Below are positions 1 to 17,149 of a stretch of 64,000 nucleotides of DNA, piece after piece. The DNA comes from the human T2T-CHM13v2.0 reference genome, Homo sapiens. Location of the stretch: assembly GCF_009914755.1 (NCBI RefSeq), contig NC_060943.1; one strand, given 5' to 3'. Position numbers and translations under genes: made by a program. The notes beneath the pieces are model-generated. The model was not told the DNA's origin. It searched no databases and was given only the letters and a program-made list of their open reading frames with translations. Position 1 is the stretch's first letter. Each line of letters opens with the position of its first letter.

Positions 1-689
1 CAGAAGGCAAGCTTTCATTCAGGTGGCAAACTACAGGACCCCTGCTCTTGACTACAGACCAGAAAATGTCCCACCCAACTTGGTCCCACTGAAAATTTTG
101 AACTTACTCTGTAATCATCCCAAACTCCTCCCAGCCACAGTCTGTGAGAGGTCTTGGGTCTTCCAGAGGCCTGGAGAGTGATACCCATTTAGAGCAATGC
201 TGGCAGGCCTGCAGACCTTGGTCCCAATAGCAGTTCCAAGACTCAGTTCCAGCTTCCTAAGCCACAGTTCATGGCCAGTTCTGCCTATGTAGAAATCCAC
301 AGTGACCTCAGAAATCCTCTCTGGTACTCAGTGAAAGCCATACTAATCCACATCCTAATATAAAGCCCACCATATGCAGACCTGACTGCAGAAACCTGCC
401 CTAGCATCTACCCTACTGAGCAAAGTCCTGAAGGATATTTACTCTGTCCAAAAATAAAATGGGAATTACAACTACCCAAGCCCCTTGTAATAAGCTAACC
501 CTAGTGCAGAGCCAGCAGCCTTGTGACCAAGCTACAACCCCACTCTACTACAAACCCAGAGGGCATTCTATCACGCTGGAGGCCCAACAAAAGATTTTTA
601 CCCTCTGAAACCAGTTTATAAAAACTTTAAGAGGTGTTTGCGCCTTCAAATTGAGACACCAATGGAAAAGTATATTGTGCCCATTGTCA

Positions 690-1340
690 ATGCTTCTATT
701 TTAACACAGCACTTGACGTATGTGGAAGAAAAATTAGTCAAAAAAATTTTAAAGTCATTGAAATTGAAGACAAATAAGTAAAACATTGCTGCTTGTAGAT
801 CATGCAGTGTTCTCTATAAAAAAAACCATAAACAGTACATTAAAACCTTTTAAAATACACTCAGTAAATTAGCAAAATATAAAATTAACATATAAGTTAT
901 GATTCCATACACTTAAACTATCTGATAAAATAGAGGAAGAAAACAATCTTATTTACAATAGCACTAAAATAATAAATATCCGAGAACAAATTTAACCGAG
1001 GAGCTGAAAAACTTTTCAAGTGAAAGATTTATCAATGAAAAATGAGAGAACACAAATAAATTGAAATATATTTTGTCTATCGATTCAAAGAATAAATGTT
1101 AAAATGCCATATTATCCAAAGTGGTCTCTAGATTCAATAAACTCTCTATCAATATTCCAGTGGTTTTTTTTCACAGTAATGAAAAATACAATCATAAAAT
1201 TTACATGAAACTACAAGAAACTGTGAATAGCCAAGGAAATCTTGAGGAAAAAGAAAAAAGCAGGACAACATACTTTATAATTTCAAACTATATTTCAAGA
1301 CTATAGTAATAAAAACAGGATGAAATGTACAGAAAAATGA
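690..1340 (+). mobile_element. Old L1 (L1M-type) ORF2 fragments in intron 3
   Basis: A-rich sequence with degenerate L1 ORF2 3' motifs (aaaatgccatattatccaaag, gaatagccaaggaaatcttgag, ctatagtaataaaaacag). Confidence 0.7.
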
Positions 1341-1755
1341 ACAAAAAACACCCAATGATACAGAAACCACTACTCTCACATATTTCAGAGATGATGGAAA
1401 AAGAGAACTTAAAAGATAGTTTAACATGGAGTACCTTAAAATTATGGAAATATCTGTGTCCACAAAAACAAAAACAAAAAAACTCAGATTGTGCACTCTC
1501 TTGTATGCCATGAACAGTACTTTGGCTGTCACTGTAAACTTGAAGGAAGATTACTGAAGGGAAAAAATAATTCTTAGAAATTTTAAAAGCATAAGACAGA
1601 AGATGCCACTGTGTGAGAGAAAATTAAAAAATAAAAATAAAAATTAGGCTTTCCAGAAACTATTTCTTTTGGAACACAGCTTCCCATATCACTTTAAGGA
1701 CTGGCTTTCTCCTTGACTTTGGACCTCTCATCCATGTTGTCTGTATTCATTCTCA

Positions 1756-1890
<135 letters not shown>

Positions 1891-2298
1891 TCATATTCTC
1901 CAATTAACAACTTAGTAATGTGCTCAGTAAAGAGGATGTGATAGAATATTCTAATACATTTATCCCAAAATACTAAATTACAACAGAAATTTCTAAATAT
2001 TTAGAAAACACTCTAATTTTGTAAGTTCTTAATTTTATCACCTGGTACTACTGAATTAAAAATTGGTGGTGGAAATTAGATTTTAAGGTGTGAGCACCAG
2101 TATTTATGCCAGTAAAATTTTGAAATTACCATTAATCTAAAGTGAAGGACAGAGATCAGCTCAAGAATGTGGTTAAGTTAAGGTCAAGATGAAACATCTT
2201 GAAATTTTTTTCTCTATGGAAAAATCCCTATGATTTTCTTGAAAACAGAAATCTGAAAGCATAAATTACCAAAAAGAAATTATACAAAAGAGAAATGA

Positions 2299-2931
<633 letters not shown>

Positions 2932-3167
2932 TTACCAAGTGGTCATGGGCAGAATTTTTAATTTGACTCAAGGTAAAATGGAAAGAGTAAAAAGAGCTCA
3001 TTCTGACTTACAGGAGTGACTGAAATCATTCAATAAAATAGTTTTCAACACAACAATATTCTCTAATGTATTCTCTAACTCTGAGAAAAGAAAGTGGTAT
3101 AAGATCCATAACATCAGTGTATGTATAGTATTTTTCTAGATAATAAAGTATAAACTTGAGGGCATAA

Positions 3168-3529
<362 letters not shown>

Positions 3530-6500
3530 GAATTAATTGTTTGTATTTTTCAGATGGAAAAGACATAGTTGTGTATATTGTTCAGATGGAATAGACATGT
3601 TGAGTTAGAAGGTATCACTCAAATTTTAATGTGTACAATAAGCTGGAGATCCCATTAATGCAGATTATTATTTTTTTTTTTCAGAACATCAGGGATAAAG
3701 TCTGAGTTGCTGAATTTTTAAAAAGCTCATCAGTATGCCAATGGTTTTGGCCCAAAAAGACTATTTTGTCAAATACCCAGTAATTGAATGAGCCTGTGTT
3801 TTTCTCAGTTTTTCTGGTTTGTAAACAAAGATTCTCATCTTCATTTCCCAAAAACAGACAAATGCAAAGGAAACCTAAGAAAGAAGGGCAGCTGCCAGAT
3901 TAAATGTGTTGGTTTGTTCACATCAGCTGCATAAAGATACTTAACGATGAACAGAAAAATAATTCTATAGTGAAAAAATGTGTCGGAGAGCTTATCAACC
4001 AAGTGATTTATTAACATCAACTACACTAGAACAAATTTTTATAATGTCCTGATGCACCCAGAAGGATACAGCATTACTACTGAGATATTACCCCCCAAAA
4101 GGTAAATTATAGTCTGAATTTAACCATAAGGAAACATTAGTTTAATGGAAAGTTCAAGATACAGATATCTCCCATGTTCTGTAATTTTTAATAGTGATTT
4201 TAAATAGTCTTTCTTTAGCACTGTAGAGAGCAGTTATCTCCTATAAATTTTTTTAGAATTTCCTGGGTAATAAATACTATACTGCTTCAATGAGTGGTTT
4301 CTTAATCCTGTACTGCATAGACATAATAAGGAACACAGACAAAACCTCAACATTACATGTTCTCTGCCTTCACTAAAAACCCCAGGTTTTCCCCAATAGG
4401 AATTTTGAGTATCTACACCTTCCCATGTTCAACAGCCACAAAGGGACATTTTAAATATTGCAGATTATAAAATCATAGTGAGATTTCTGCACGGCATATA
4501 AGAAGCCATAATGTAGAGAAGGCTCTGGTATATAGAAAAAAATATATTTTTCAGAGACTTTGACTATTGTAAGAATTTTTTAAAGTAGTTAAGACAAACT
4601 CATTAGGGAGGAAAAACACAAGTAGAGAAGTACAGGTTTGCAAGTACTAAATGTATGTTTCCTGGAGGAAGCAGAGTGGACACAGATCTTGATCTGAGAC
4701 ACATTTAGCTGAAAAAAAAAAAGGTCATTTTTTTCTCTTTCTCCTCCTTTTCTAGGATTCTTTCTCAGATAAAATTCTCTGGACAAATTACACCTGCATC
4801 TTGAGAAGATGCCTTTAAAAGAGTCAGCACCACAGGTCTACCTGCTGTCACCACATCCACAGGCAGAAGGACCAAGACAGAAAAACTCCACCCAATTCTG
4901 TCCTTTATAGCAGAAGAGATGAAGAAACAATGAGTAGCTCCAGAGATAAAAATATGCTTTTCTTTATTTTGTCCTCGGGAGCCATCCCCTGACACAGGCA
5001 ACAGCAATTTCTGCCACAGTAATGGAAATATGGGCCACGCTGTCCTGCCCCTACCAAATCCAAACAGAACAGGTTCTTGGACCACCCTTTAATGCAAAGA
5101 TGGAACTTAACTCTCATGAATGTATTATGAATTCCTCATACTTGATTCTGGCCTCACCTTAGAGTCACATGAGCCACTTAATTAAAACAACATGGATGCT
5201 TCCACAAGAACAATAAACAGAATCCATGGAAAGGGCACAAGTAAAAAGAGTTCTGCAAAATGGCCAGGTGATACTATTTAGTGGCCTGGGCTGATAACCC
5301 CTTAACTAAGACTAAGCATTTCCTCTCAAGCTCTAACGAGCTTATAAATCACTTGGTAATTTTCTCCCCACTCTATGAAATGTAATTCTGCAGGTATGGA
5401 AAGGGTCCACAAATGGGTCTTTTAAACAAGTGCGCTGTCAGTAATGATGTTGTTCCCACTGGGCTTATTATTACCCTTAATTAGAAAAATGAGGCACAAC
5501 ACAGAGTCCCTTACACCCAGCACTCTTGTCACAACACAAATACTTCTGGTACAAATGAAGACAAACATTCTTCATCCTAAAGTATTATATTCTTTGCTGA
5601 CTAAAGTTTACAGAGAAAATAGAAAGCAGCAATTTCTGAGTAAGTCTGCATTTGGAAAACAACATGTGCACATGTACTAATGTAATTTTTATTAAGCAGG
5701 TATTATGTGATGTTACAGAGTGCTGTGATAGCACATTATGTGATTTAATCCTAATAACACCCTGTGAGTTGATACTAAGTGTTCAGTAATTCCAACACTT
5801 TAAAGGACCCAGCATTTTTATTTCTATTTCTGTTTATCTGTCACTGATTTTTTCAAAAAATGCATAGAAAAGGTAAATATAGACAGATGAAAGGGATACA
5901 GATGGAAAGAATTTAATGCAATTTAGATAAATTTTTATTGTGTTTATATTTACTTTCTTGTGACTTGTGAATCAACTACTAGATCTGCAGGAACAGAAAA
6001 CAGTTGCTAAATAATGTTTCTGCAAGCACTGGTTTTAATAAAAAATTTGAAAAGATCCTACAATACATACTTTATATTTCCCGTTATCTGCTTTTGGGTT
6101 TCAGAAAATGTTGAGCACCAGCTCTAAAAAGGCAACAGGATTCATGACTCAAAACTCTGATTTCCTGTAATCAGTTCTGTGAGGCAAGACTCCGGGGTAG
6201 AGCCAGACATAAATAAGGCCTCCAAAAAGGGTGAATATGAACAGGGCTGGGGCAGAGCGTACAGCCAATGTACAATTCTGTTCTCTATGCCACTGGGGGG
6301 TATTGTCAGTTCTTTTTGTTAAAGCTTACTTAAGTAAACTTAAATCTGAGTTTGTATAATTTTAATCTTTTTTATCACTGTCCTGTGAATTTTATATTAT
6401 ATGCTAATAAGCAATTTTAAAAATCCCTTAAGGTTTTCTAGAATAATTTTTTAGAAGAAAAATAAGTATTCTTAGCAGGGTAAAATAAATACAAATAACA

Positions 6501-6675
6501 ATGACGACTCTTCTAAGTTCAGCTGTAGACATCAGAAGCCACAATATAAAGTGGCCCAAATAAAGCCCAAGTTTTTGCACACAGCTATTTATTGTACCCA
6601 CCATATGATGTATAATTCAACCATATTTCCAGTTGCTAGTCTAGACTAAAACTGCCAGGATGGTAGGAACCATGA

Positions 6676-7017
<342 letters not shown>

Positions 7018-7924
7018 TGACTATATGAAATGGAAGCAATTAGTTTATCTGTTTGAGCCCAATTAGTTTATCTGTCTGAGCCTCGAGACCTCCTGATTTT
7101 TTACCCGAGTACAGGGAACTTGAAAAACTCTCTTCTGGGTACCAACCAAAGATACTTCTTGTATAAGGGGAGAAACAAACACAAGATGACTCATTTCTCT
7201 CACAATGGGACAGAAGCAGAATTTGTCACTCTTATCAGCCTGACACAATTCTGTTCTGGACATTCTCAAATGTCTCAAAGATTCAGAGGTGATTGTGAGA
7301 GGGTTCCCCATGACCCTGGGCTGATGGTCCACTGATAAGCCAGGCAGAGAAGACTCGGGATGATTCTAAATAAAAAATGGAACTGCCTTGGTTGAACTCC
7401 CAAACCTGGGTCATCCATCCTGATTTGCTAGCTGTCCTGATTTGCTAGCTGGTGGGTAAGTAGAAGGACAAGAATACTTTACTCCAGTATCACATTTTAC
7501 AGGTAGATATAGTTGTGGTCATGGCTCTGGATACTTTGTGGCCTTAAGATGCTTGTTTACACTTAGAGATTCTGCCATCAGATTCTATTTACTCCGGGAG
7601 CCTCTCACATACCTGTGGCAGATTAATGAAGAAGATGTGAAAAGGTCAAAAAGCCACACTCTCAAAAGAGGAATTTAAAATGTCTATGTTGATATCTCAC
7701 AATGCAGAAAATGCCTCCTGTTGGTTTTCTGTAAATTCTCAATCCAAAGTCTGGCCCTGCCTTGTAAATCCCAGGCAGAGGCCAGCCAGATCTTATTTGC
7801 AGATTCTAGGTGAAATCAACCTCACTCTGCATTTTTGGGTGTTACAGCAAGTAGAGTGAAATCAAAGGAGAGATTCCCTCATAGAGGCTGCTCTAGAACA
7901 TTCTAAATAATATTTTACCTTAAA

Positions 7925-8365
7925 AAAGCTGACACAACATGAACATAAGCAGACAGTTTATTTGGGTCAAGCTTAAGGATTTTAACTTGAGACCAAATAT
8001 TCAAGTTGCCTGGAATCCACGCTTTCATTAGCAGCACTTACAAGTGGATTTGCAAAGGCAAAAAAAAAGGAACAGTGAGTGAGCTGATACAAAATTGGTT
8101 GCGAGAAATTCTTATTTATGTAAAGAAATAACTTTAATAATTAATTGGATATACATTGTTAAGGTTAAGGATATGGAATACAGTGTCCAGTGTGGAATTA
8201 TTAGTTTAATTTATAGCTACTTGTGGCAATAGTGAACAGTTTCAAGAGATACATAGCTGAAAAAAAGGGAGAAAAACATGATTGTGCTCTCATTTTAATG
8301 CCTCTCTGAGTCTGATAACTAAAAGGACTTGCATTCCTCAGACAAAAACTTTTTTTTTCTTCTCA
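7925..8365 (-). mobile_element. MER93-like LTR (ERV1)
   Basis: Minus strand begins TGAGAAG...TGAGGAATGCAAGTCCTTTT...AGAGAGGCATTAAAATGAG...TTGCCACAAGTAGCTATAAATT, as recalled for MER93. Confidence 0.65.
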
Positions 8366-8839
8366 ATTCTCAAGACCTAGATTTAGAATTTGGAGCTGCA
8401 AATTCAGGTCCTGCATGGGTAAAATAGCAGCAAGTGTTACCTGAACATTTGTGGGCATTTTAGCATGAGGAGGGAGGGAGAAGTGGATTCTCATGTCTAC
8501 AGGTCTGCTCAATGCACATATTTTACTCTGATTGGGCCCCATGGTCACTGAATCAGTTTCAGGTCTGAGGACACAAGAGTCACTGAAAGAGGTAAAATGG
8601 CTAATATCTGACCAATGAAGTCTGTAGAAATCTGGTCTAGCCTCTCTAAAAGTGACTCTAGACATGATAGATACCAAGTAGGCAGACGCACAATTCCACC
8701 TGCATATTTAGGGGACAGCATGCACTTCACAGCACAATTGTGAACTGACTGGAAGCCGAAAAGGCCCATCTAGAGTAAAGCTTAGTTGGCACCTTATGTG
8801 TTTACATTATGTCTGGTAATTCTAGACAGGATTTGGAAA

Positions 8840-9240
8840 ATATAATTAAAAGCAAAATTTTCTTCAGCCCCAGAGGAACTGCACAGTAACAGAACAGAAA
8901 GAAAACTGTTTTATTACACAATTACATGTGAATGTGACATGCATTACAGTCAATTTGCTCAAGAGATTGCAAAGACAGAAAGACAGTGACCATAATCAGT
9001 CTACAAGTAGAATTTACAGCACCATGTCATACATAGTTCATCCTAAATTCATCTGGTAGTTGGGAAGGCCATCCATGTATGCTAATTGGTTATAATCAAT
9101 GACAAAATAAACTTTTCACATCTTCATGACTGGAGGTAGTTTTGCAACTTGAACCCCGGTGCCTGCTGAAGGTAGGCTTTGACTCTTCTACAAAAATTGT
9201 TGATTCGGGTGCTATCTTTTTGGCTCTTTACATTTTAAAG
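8840..9240. mobile_element. Degenerate ERV1 LTR fragment (MER92-like)
   Basis: Motifs agaaagaaaactgttttatt and aagagattgcaaagacagaaag. Family assignment is uncertain. Confidence 0.4.
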
Positions 9241-9892
9241 CAATAGGTCTCTACTCCCTGAGCACTGGGCTTGAGTACTCCTGTTTCCCTCTCCTGGTGG
9301 CTAGTGTACTCTCTTGACCCCTACCATCTGCCACTGAGGCACAGCCCACAGCACAGGGCTCACAGCTGGAAACTCACATCTTAGGTGAACCCCAATTGCC
9401 ACAGCAGCACTCCAGTGCCACATCAGACAGTGAAGCCTGAGCAGCAGGAGGAGAGCTTGCAGGCCTCCTGGGTAGAATTGCACCTTCACAATAATAGAAA
9501 AGGGAGCACTGTTTCAGCCTCAGTTTTTATTTATAATGGTGGCATGAAAAAAATACTGCTGGGTTTTGGCATGAGTCCAGATAGAGATAGCTCTGAGAGT
9601 TCTCACTGTGACAGCCCACGTCTTTCACAGACACCATGGGACTAATAGGGTTTCTGAAACAGACACACAATGCATTTGAGAGAAAAACAGCTCTCATTCT
9701 GAGAAAGATTATATTGAAAGAAAAAAGTTAAAAGTGTCTTAAGAAAAAACTGAGATTGGATATAAGATTGATCAAGTCAGCCAGAAAATATCTCCCTAAG
9801 AAGAATTTCTCTCCAAACACCCAAGTGCATAGCTACTCTCAGCAAGAGAAACAGGAGCATTATTGAATAAAGGGGGCATATTCTCAGCAGAA

Positions 9893-10202
<310 letters not shown>

Positions 10203-11469
10203 TAAAAGATTTATCTTCCATCTCTGCTGCTCTCTTATTTCCTAACCATTGAATGTGAGATCTATATTGGAATATATCTGACAACTTCCAGTAGCACTTT
10301 TTTATAAAAAATTGAAATCTGTGTTAATATAGTAGAATATATTAGAGCTTGCAACATAGCTAACTGGAGAGCTATTATGGTTTTTGGGTAGCCATATCAT
10401 CTGTCTTTATTTGTCCTGTAATAGCAGCATACCAATTTGGTAAAATATAAGACACTAAAATTATGCTTACCTATAATTATTCCCACTGGATAAATTAATA
10501 GCATGTCAGACTAATATCTACTGCAACGATTTAATGGTAAATTTTTTTGGATATCAGATATAAATATATAAGTATGAATAATTTTATGTACTAGTCATAA
10601 GGTATGTAATATTTTAAAAAATTATCTGAACTGTAATTCAGTTGAAACACTGTATTTCAAAAGTATGAATAACAATATTAAAATAACTAAGGAATTCAAT
10701 CAAAGTAAATATTGTGGCCTTATATTCATACTATTGTAGAAAATACTGTTTAATTTATATGAATGCAGGTTGTCTACAAACACTACACATAACTATACTA
10801 ACTGTACTGAAGTAACCCAAGTACAACAGACTCCACTGTTCAGTTTATACACTGAACTCTTCTGGCTTTTGCAGTGTAAGTATGTCAGCCTGCAAATAAT
10901 CACCTTGGATAATCAGGTTTCTGCCAAAGAACTTACTCAGTATCTTTTAGTCTATATTATTCTGCATTGCTAAATTTATTCCGATCTTTGTGCTCAACTT
11001 TTTTATGCTCTTGAAATGAAGTTTACTCTGAACAAATCTGTGTCTAGTTTAAAGACTAAAGAAAGATAAAAAAATATAACCTTTTGCCAAGACAAAAAGA
11101 AAGCAATGAATCTCAGGTCCCAGATAAAGACAATTCTGAGTCAAAAAGAATGACAAAAGGTTTGTTTCATTGTTAATATGATTTACATATACTTCAAAAA
11201 GCAGAAGAAATATATACATATAATCTAAACTTTTTTTTAAAAAATTAACAAGTTATCCTCCCTTATTTTCACATATGAGAATAAAACCTCTTATTGCTAA
11301 TTTATATTTTCTCTTACAACAGCCAGGTCTCTGGACAAGTTCTTGAACTCTTGGATCTCTGAATTTTGCACAGTGTGTGCACTTGAAAGGATGTTTATGG
11401 GGGGAAAAGCAGAAGAGAGAAAGATGTTATTAAGAAACCCCATGGGTTCACATGAATAAAGCAAGTTCT

Positions 11470-12692
11470 TAGAGACCTATGAAGAGACTTAGAATCTGAC
11501 ACAGTAATAATCAGAGACTACATCTGACAAGCACTAATGGACAGATCATTGAAGAAGAAAATTAACAACAATATTAGGACCTGAACTCAACACTTGACCA
11601 AATAGTCCTAATACACATCTACAGAACTCTTCATCTAAAAATACCATAATATACATTCTTCTCATCACCACGTGGCACATACTCTAAAACTGACCACACA
11701 ATCAGAAATAAAACAATTCTCAGCAAATTCAAAAATCCCAAAATGACACAAACCACACACACGGGCTACAGCTTAAGAAAAATATAATTCAATACCAATA
11801 AAACAACTGGAAACCATACAATTAAATAAAAATTAAATGGCCTACACCTACACTTGAATAACTTTTTGGTAAATAATGAAATTAAAGCAGAAACCAAGAA
11901 GTGTTTTGAAACAAATAAGAACAAAAATACAAAATACCAGAATCCCTGCAATACAGCTAAGGCAGTGTTAAAAGAAAAATTCATAGCGTTAAATCCTCAC
12001 ATCAGAAAGTTAGATCTCAGTTTAACAACCTGATATCATAAATAAAAGACTGAGAGCAGTAAAAGCAAATCAGTCCCTAAGCTAGCAAAGGCAAGAAGTA
12101 ACCAAAATCGGATCTGAACTGAAGGAGATTTAGACATGAAAAACTACAAAATATCAAGAAATCCTGGCATTAAATCTATTTAAAAAAAAAAAAAAGGAAA
12201 TAAACTACTAGCTAGGTTAATGAAGATACGAATAAACACAATTAGAAATGAGAAAAAGAGACATTACCACTAACCTCACAAAAATATACTGAAGTCTGCT
12301 ATGCACATAAAAAAAAATCTAGAAGAAATGAAAAAATTCTTCAAAGGACACAAATGTGGCTAACAAGCATATAAAAAAATGCTCATCACTGATCATTAGA
12401 GAAATGCAAAAGAAAAACCACAACAAGAAATCATCTCAAACCAGTGAGAACGGCCATTATTATAATTCAACCATTGTGAAAAGCAGTGTGTTGATTCCTC
12501 ACTAAACTAAAAACAAAATTACCATTTGACCCAGTAACCTCACAATTGGGTATATACCTAAAAATATATAAATTATTCTATCATAAAGACACATGCACAA
12601 TCACATTCATTGCAGCACTATTCACAACAGCAAAGACACGGAATCAACCTAAATGCCTATCAATGGTAGACTGGATAAAGAAAATATGGTAT
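11470..12692 (+). mobile_element. Internally deleted L1 (ORF2 endonuclease region joined to 3' part)
   Basis: L1 motifs atatacattcttctcatcacc, gaaattaaagcagaaaccaag, ataaagacacatgcac and gactggataaagaaaatatgg. Confidence 0.85.
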
Positions 12693-12920
12693 GGTTGGGC
12701 ATGATGGCACATGCCTGTAATCCAGCACTTTGGGGGCCAAGCCAGGTGGATTGCCTGAGCTCAGGAGTTTGAGACCGGCATGGACAACATAGCAAAATCC
12801 CATCTATAAAAAAAAAAAAAACATAAAGAAAAATTAGCTAGGCATGGTGGCACAAGACTTTAGTCTTAGCTACTTGGGAAGCTTAAGTAGAAGAGGACTG
12901 CTTGAGCCTGAGAGGTTGAG
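12693..12920 (+). mobile_element. AluJ, 3'-truncated
   Basis: Diverged Alu with the J-type gcttgagcct signature. Confidence 0.8.
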
Positions 12921-13145
12921 AGTCAGCACAGACCCTGATTCAGGGCTCAGTCCCACAACATTGTCCTCACTGCAGATGCCAGTCACAAACTTCATGGGCT
13001 CATCTATGCTTCTGACCTACTGTTTAAAAATTGGGGACTCCCATAACCTTTCTGAAATTCAATAATCTGATAGAGCTACTCACAGAACTCAGCAGAACAC
13101 TGTAGTTATATTTACAGGTTTCAAATAAAATATACAACCCCCAAA
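12921..13145. mobile_element. MER21/MER77-type LTR fragment
   Basis: gggctcagtcccacaa...cagatgccagtcacaa...ctcacagaactcag motifs. Confidence 0.6.
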
Positions 13146-14538
13146 AAGTCAAATGGAAGAAAAGTATAGAACCAAGAAAAGAGGTGGGAAAAGATGAAGC
13201 ATATAGATAATAAATAGCTGTGATTAATAAAATTCTCTATCCTCTGTGTTCTCCAGTAACACTTTATGAAAAGAAACACCCTTCCCATTATGACTTAGAT
13301 GGTACTCTCTTTACTTACCTAATACACAGCCAGGAAAACACTCTGCATATTTTCTTCTTTTTCTCATTAAAAAAGCAGCTGAGTTTGTCTTCAGTGGTCA
13401 ACATAAAATACTTCTTAATCAAAATTCACTTGTTTATTTTCTTCCCACAGGCTCCTGAACTCTGAGCTATGCTCAGTCTGAGCCACCATACAACCTCATT
13501 TTATGTCCCTACTAAGAACACACAGACTTTAGGGTAAAACATTGTCTGATCTAAAATCTGATTATTTCACCCTTCATTTAAACATTCCCCTCACCTTTTT
13601 TCTAATCTTATTTGCTTTTCCCTAGGAAAAAAAGCCCTTTTCTACCTAATCTTTGCAATCCTTAAAGATCTTATAGTTGGTACTTCCTCCTGTTGCAATA
13701 CTCCTTTGGAATTCTTTTTTTTTTATATATACATCTAACTGGTTTATTTTAAAATCTCTCAAAACTGCCTCAAAAAAGTAACAATTTTATCTTCAGTAAG
13801 ACACTCCCAAACCCCTTCTATCTTAACCTTAACTGCATCTGTCTGTGGGGCCCCAGCTTTCCAAGGCTCTGTAGCTTCTCTCACTATAGAGGCTTCTTCC
13901 ATGGCTGGGGTAAGCAGGCTGGGACATCTGCAGGAAAGGCTTTCCAGAAGGAACTAACTGGGCCTTTAATAACCTCCTTTTGCCGGCTCAAAATTAACCT
14001 TCGCTCGCAGTCATTGGGCTCAAGCTTTAATTACCATGTCAGAGTCATTCACTTAGTTTTTGAAAATAAGTGTTTGAAAAATCCAGCAAAATGATTCAAA
14101 AACATATAAGAAAATTTTAAGGTGCTTACATTTTGTACCTCAGTAAGAGAAGCAAATGTATTTATTTCTTTTGGACAATAAAGTATTATTTTATTTTTTG
14201 TATTAAAAATCATGTGGTAAACAGTTACATGGGAACACTTCTAGGAGGTACCAAATTTCATCAGATAAAATTTAGCATTAAACTCAGAAATTGAAATAAC
14301 AGGATATAGAACAAAGATATTTACTTTAGCAAGTTTACCCTGCAAAAAAAGAAACTGATGTTTTCATGAAACTATGTAACTCACCAATTATCTACCACAT
14401 TTTCTTGTGGAAATACATTAATTCTCTACAGCCGAAATGGAAGAAAAATTTTTCTTATTTTTTTTCCTTGGTAGCTAACATTCTAAAAGCTAGATGGAAT
14501 TCTGTTTGAAATCATTCAGCCATAAAAAACACACCTGA

Positions 14539-15355
<817 letters not shown>

Positions 15356-15785
15356 CTGAGGTCAAAATAAGTGAACAATGCATTTAATCATGTCAAGGTA
15401 CGGATATGTCTGACTCATGTGTCAAGTCAGGCCATCCAATTACTTGAGAGATTCTCCCACCCCATCCTGTTCACTTAAGTGCTCAATAATCATTCTCTCA
15501 GGAGACTCTGAACTATGCCCCAGAGTGCCCCAGGTATATTTTACTTTGCAAGTTTTTGCACCATCTCACTGGGGTCAGTTGTTTTTGTCTTTGGAGTGCT
15601 ATTTTATTTCACAAACCTTTTACCATTTTTATTTCACTATTTTTCTGTCCCCTAAGAGAATGCAGGGGCAAAAATTATTTTGGTTTCCCCTTCAATACCA
15701 GCATCTGATTGTCTGAACAGCAATGTGTCTCCAAGAAATGGAAGCTGGGTTGGGTAAAGACAATATTAATATCTCAAGGGAGTAG

Positions 15786-15876
15786 CTTTCCAAAAAAACA
15801 GCACACCAGAAGATGACTCAGCCACAGTGCATTCACCTGCTCTCTTGAGAAGCTACGCTTCATATCTCAGGTTGTC
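15786..15876 (-). pseudogene. Fossil (dead) exon homologous to the extra N-terminal coding exon of ZNF100/ZNF430/ZNF431-type paralogs
   Basis: Minus translation DNLRYEA*LLKRAGECTVAE/LLVCCFFGK resembles the recalled paralog peptide [31 protein letters not shown]. It has a stop and a frameshift, the acceptor reads AA and the donor reads CT. Confidence 0.65.
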
Positions 15877-16407
15877 TTATGGGAGATCAGAGGCTACACT
15901 CCATACCTCAGGTTGTCTTATGGGAGAAAAAGACCCAGGAGCTGATATTCACTAGACACTCTCACAGACATAGCCATGGCGGGTATCTTGGTTTTTCCCC
16001 AGACAGTACTGAATCTCAAGTCCAAGAAAAAACTGAAGGGTGGCTGAGGACACATCTCCCTATAAAGTTTCCAAAGGGAAATCTTGACCCAAAAACATTG
16101 TGATATCTGTGTCTACGGAAAACAGAAGAAAAAATATTTACAAACAGAAAACAAATCTTTTTAAATGTGCCATCAAATGCTTTGTCAAAAAATGATTAAA
16201 ATAGGTATCAAAATGTACACTAAACTATTTGTTGATAATATGAATAAGGGAGGGGAAATTGGCATTTGGGAATGTCAGAAGGAAGTGAAAATCAAGTATT
16301 TTACTGCAAGCCAGAGTCAGGCCGGAGAAATAGGGGATGGGGGATGGACTTGAGGCCCTACTTGGGACACATGTGAAAAATGCAAGGAAACAGCAGTTCC
16401 CTGTGGG

Positions 16408-17092
<685 letters not shown>

Positions 17093-17149
17093 GGAGAAAA
17101 CAGGGGCTGGGAACCTCACGGACCAAAGCTCTTTCCATTCTTGAACCCA

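Noticed and set aside
13240-13800. Possible old LTR fragment (MER31/MER67-like)
   Set aside because: Too degenerate to name or delimit without a search.
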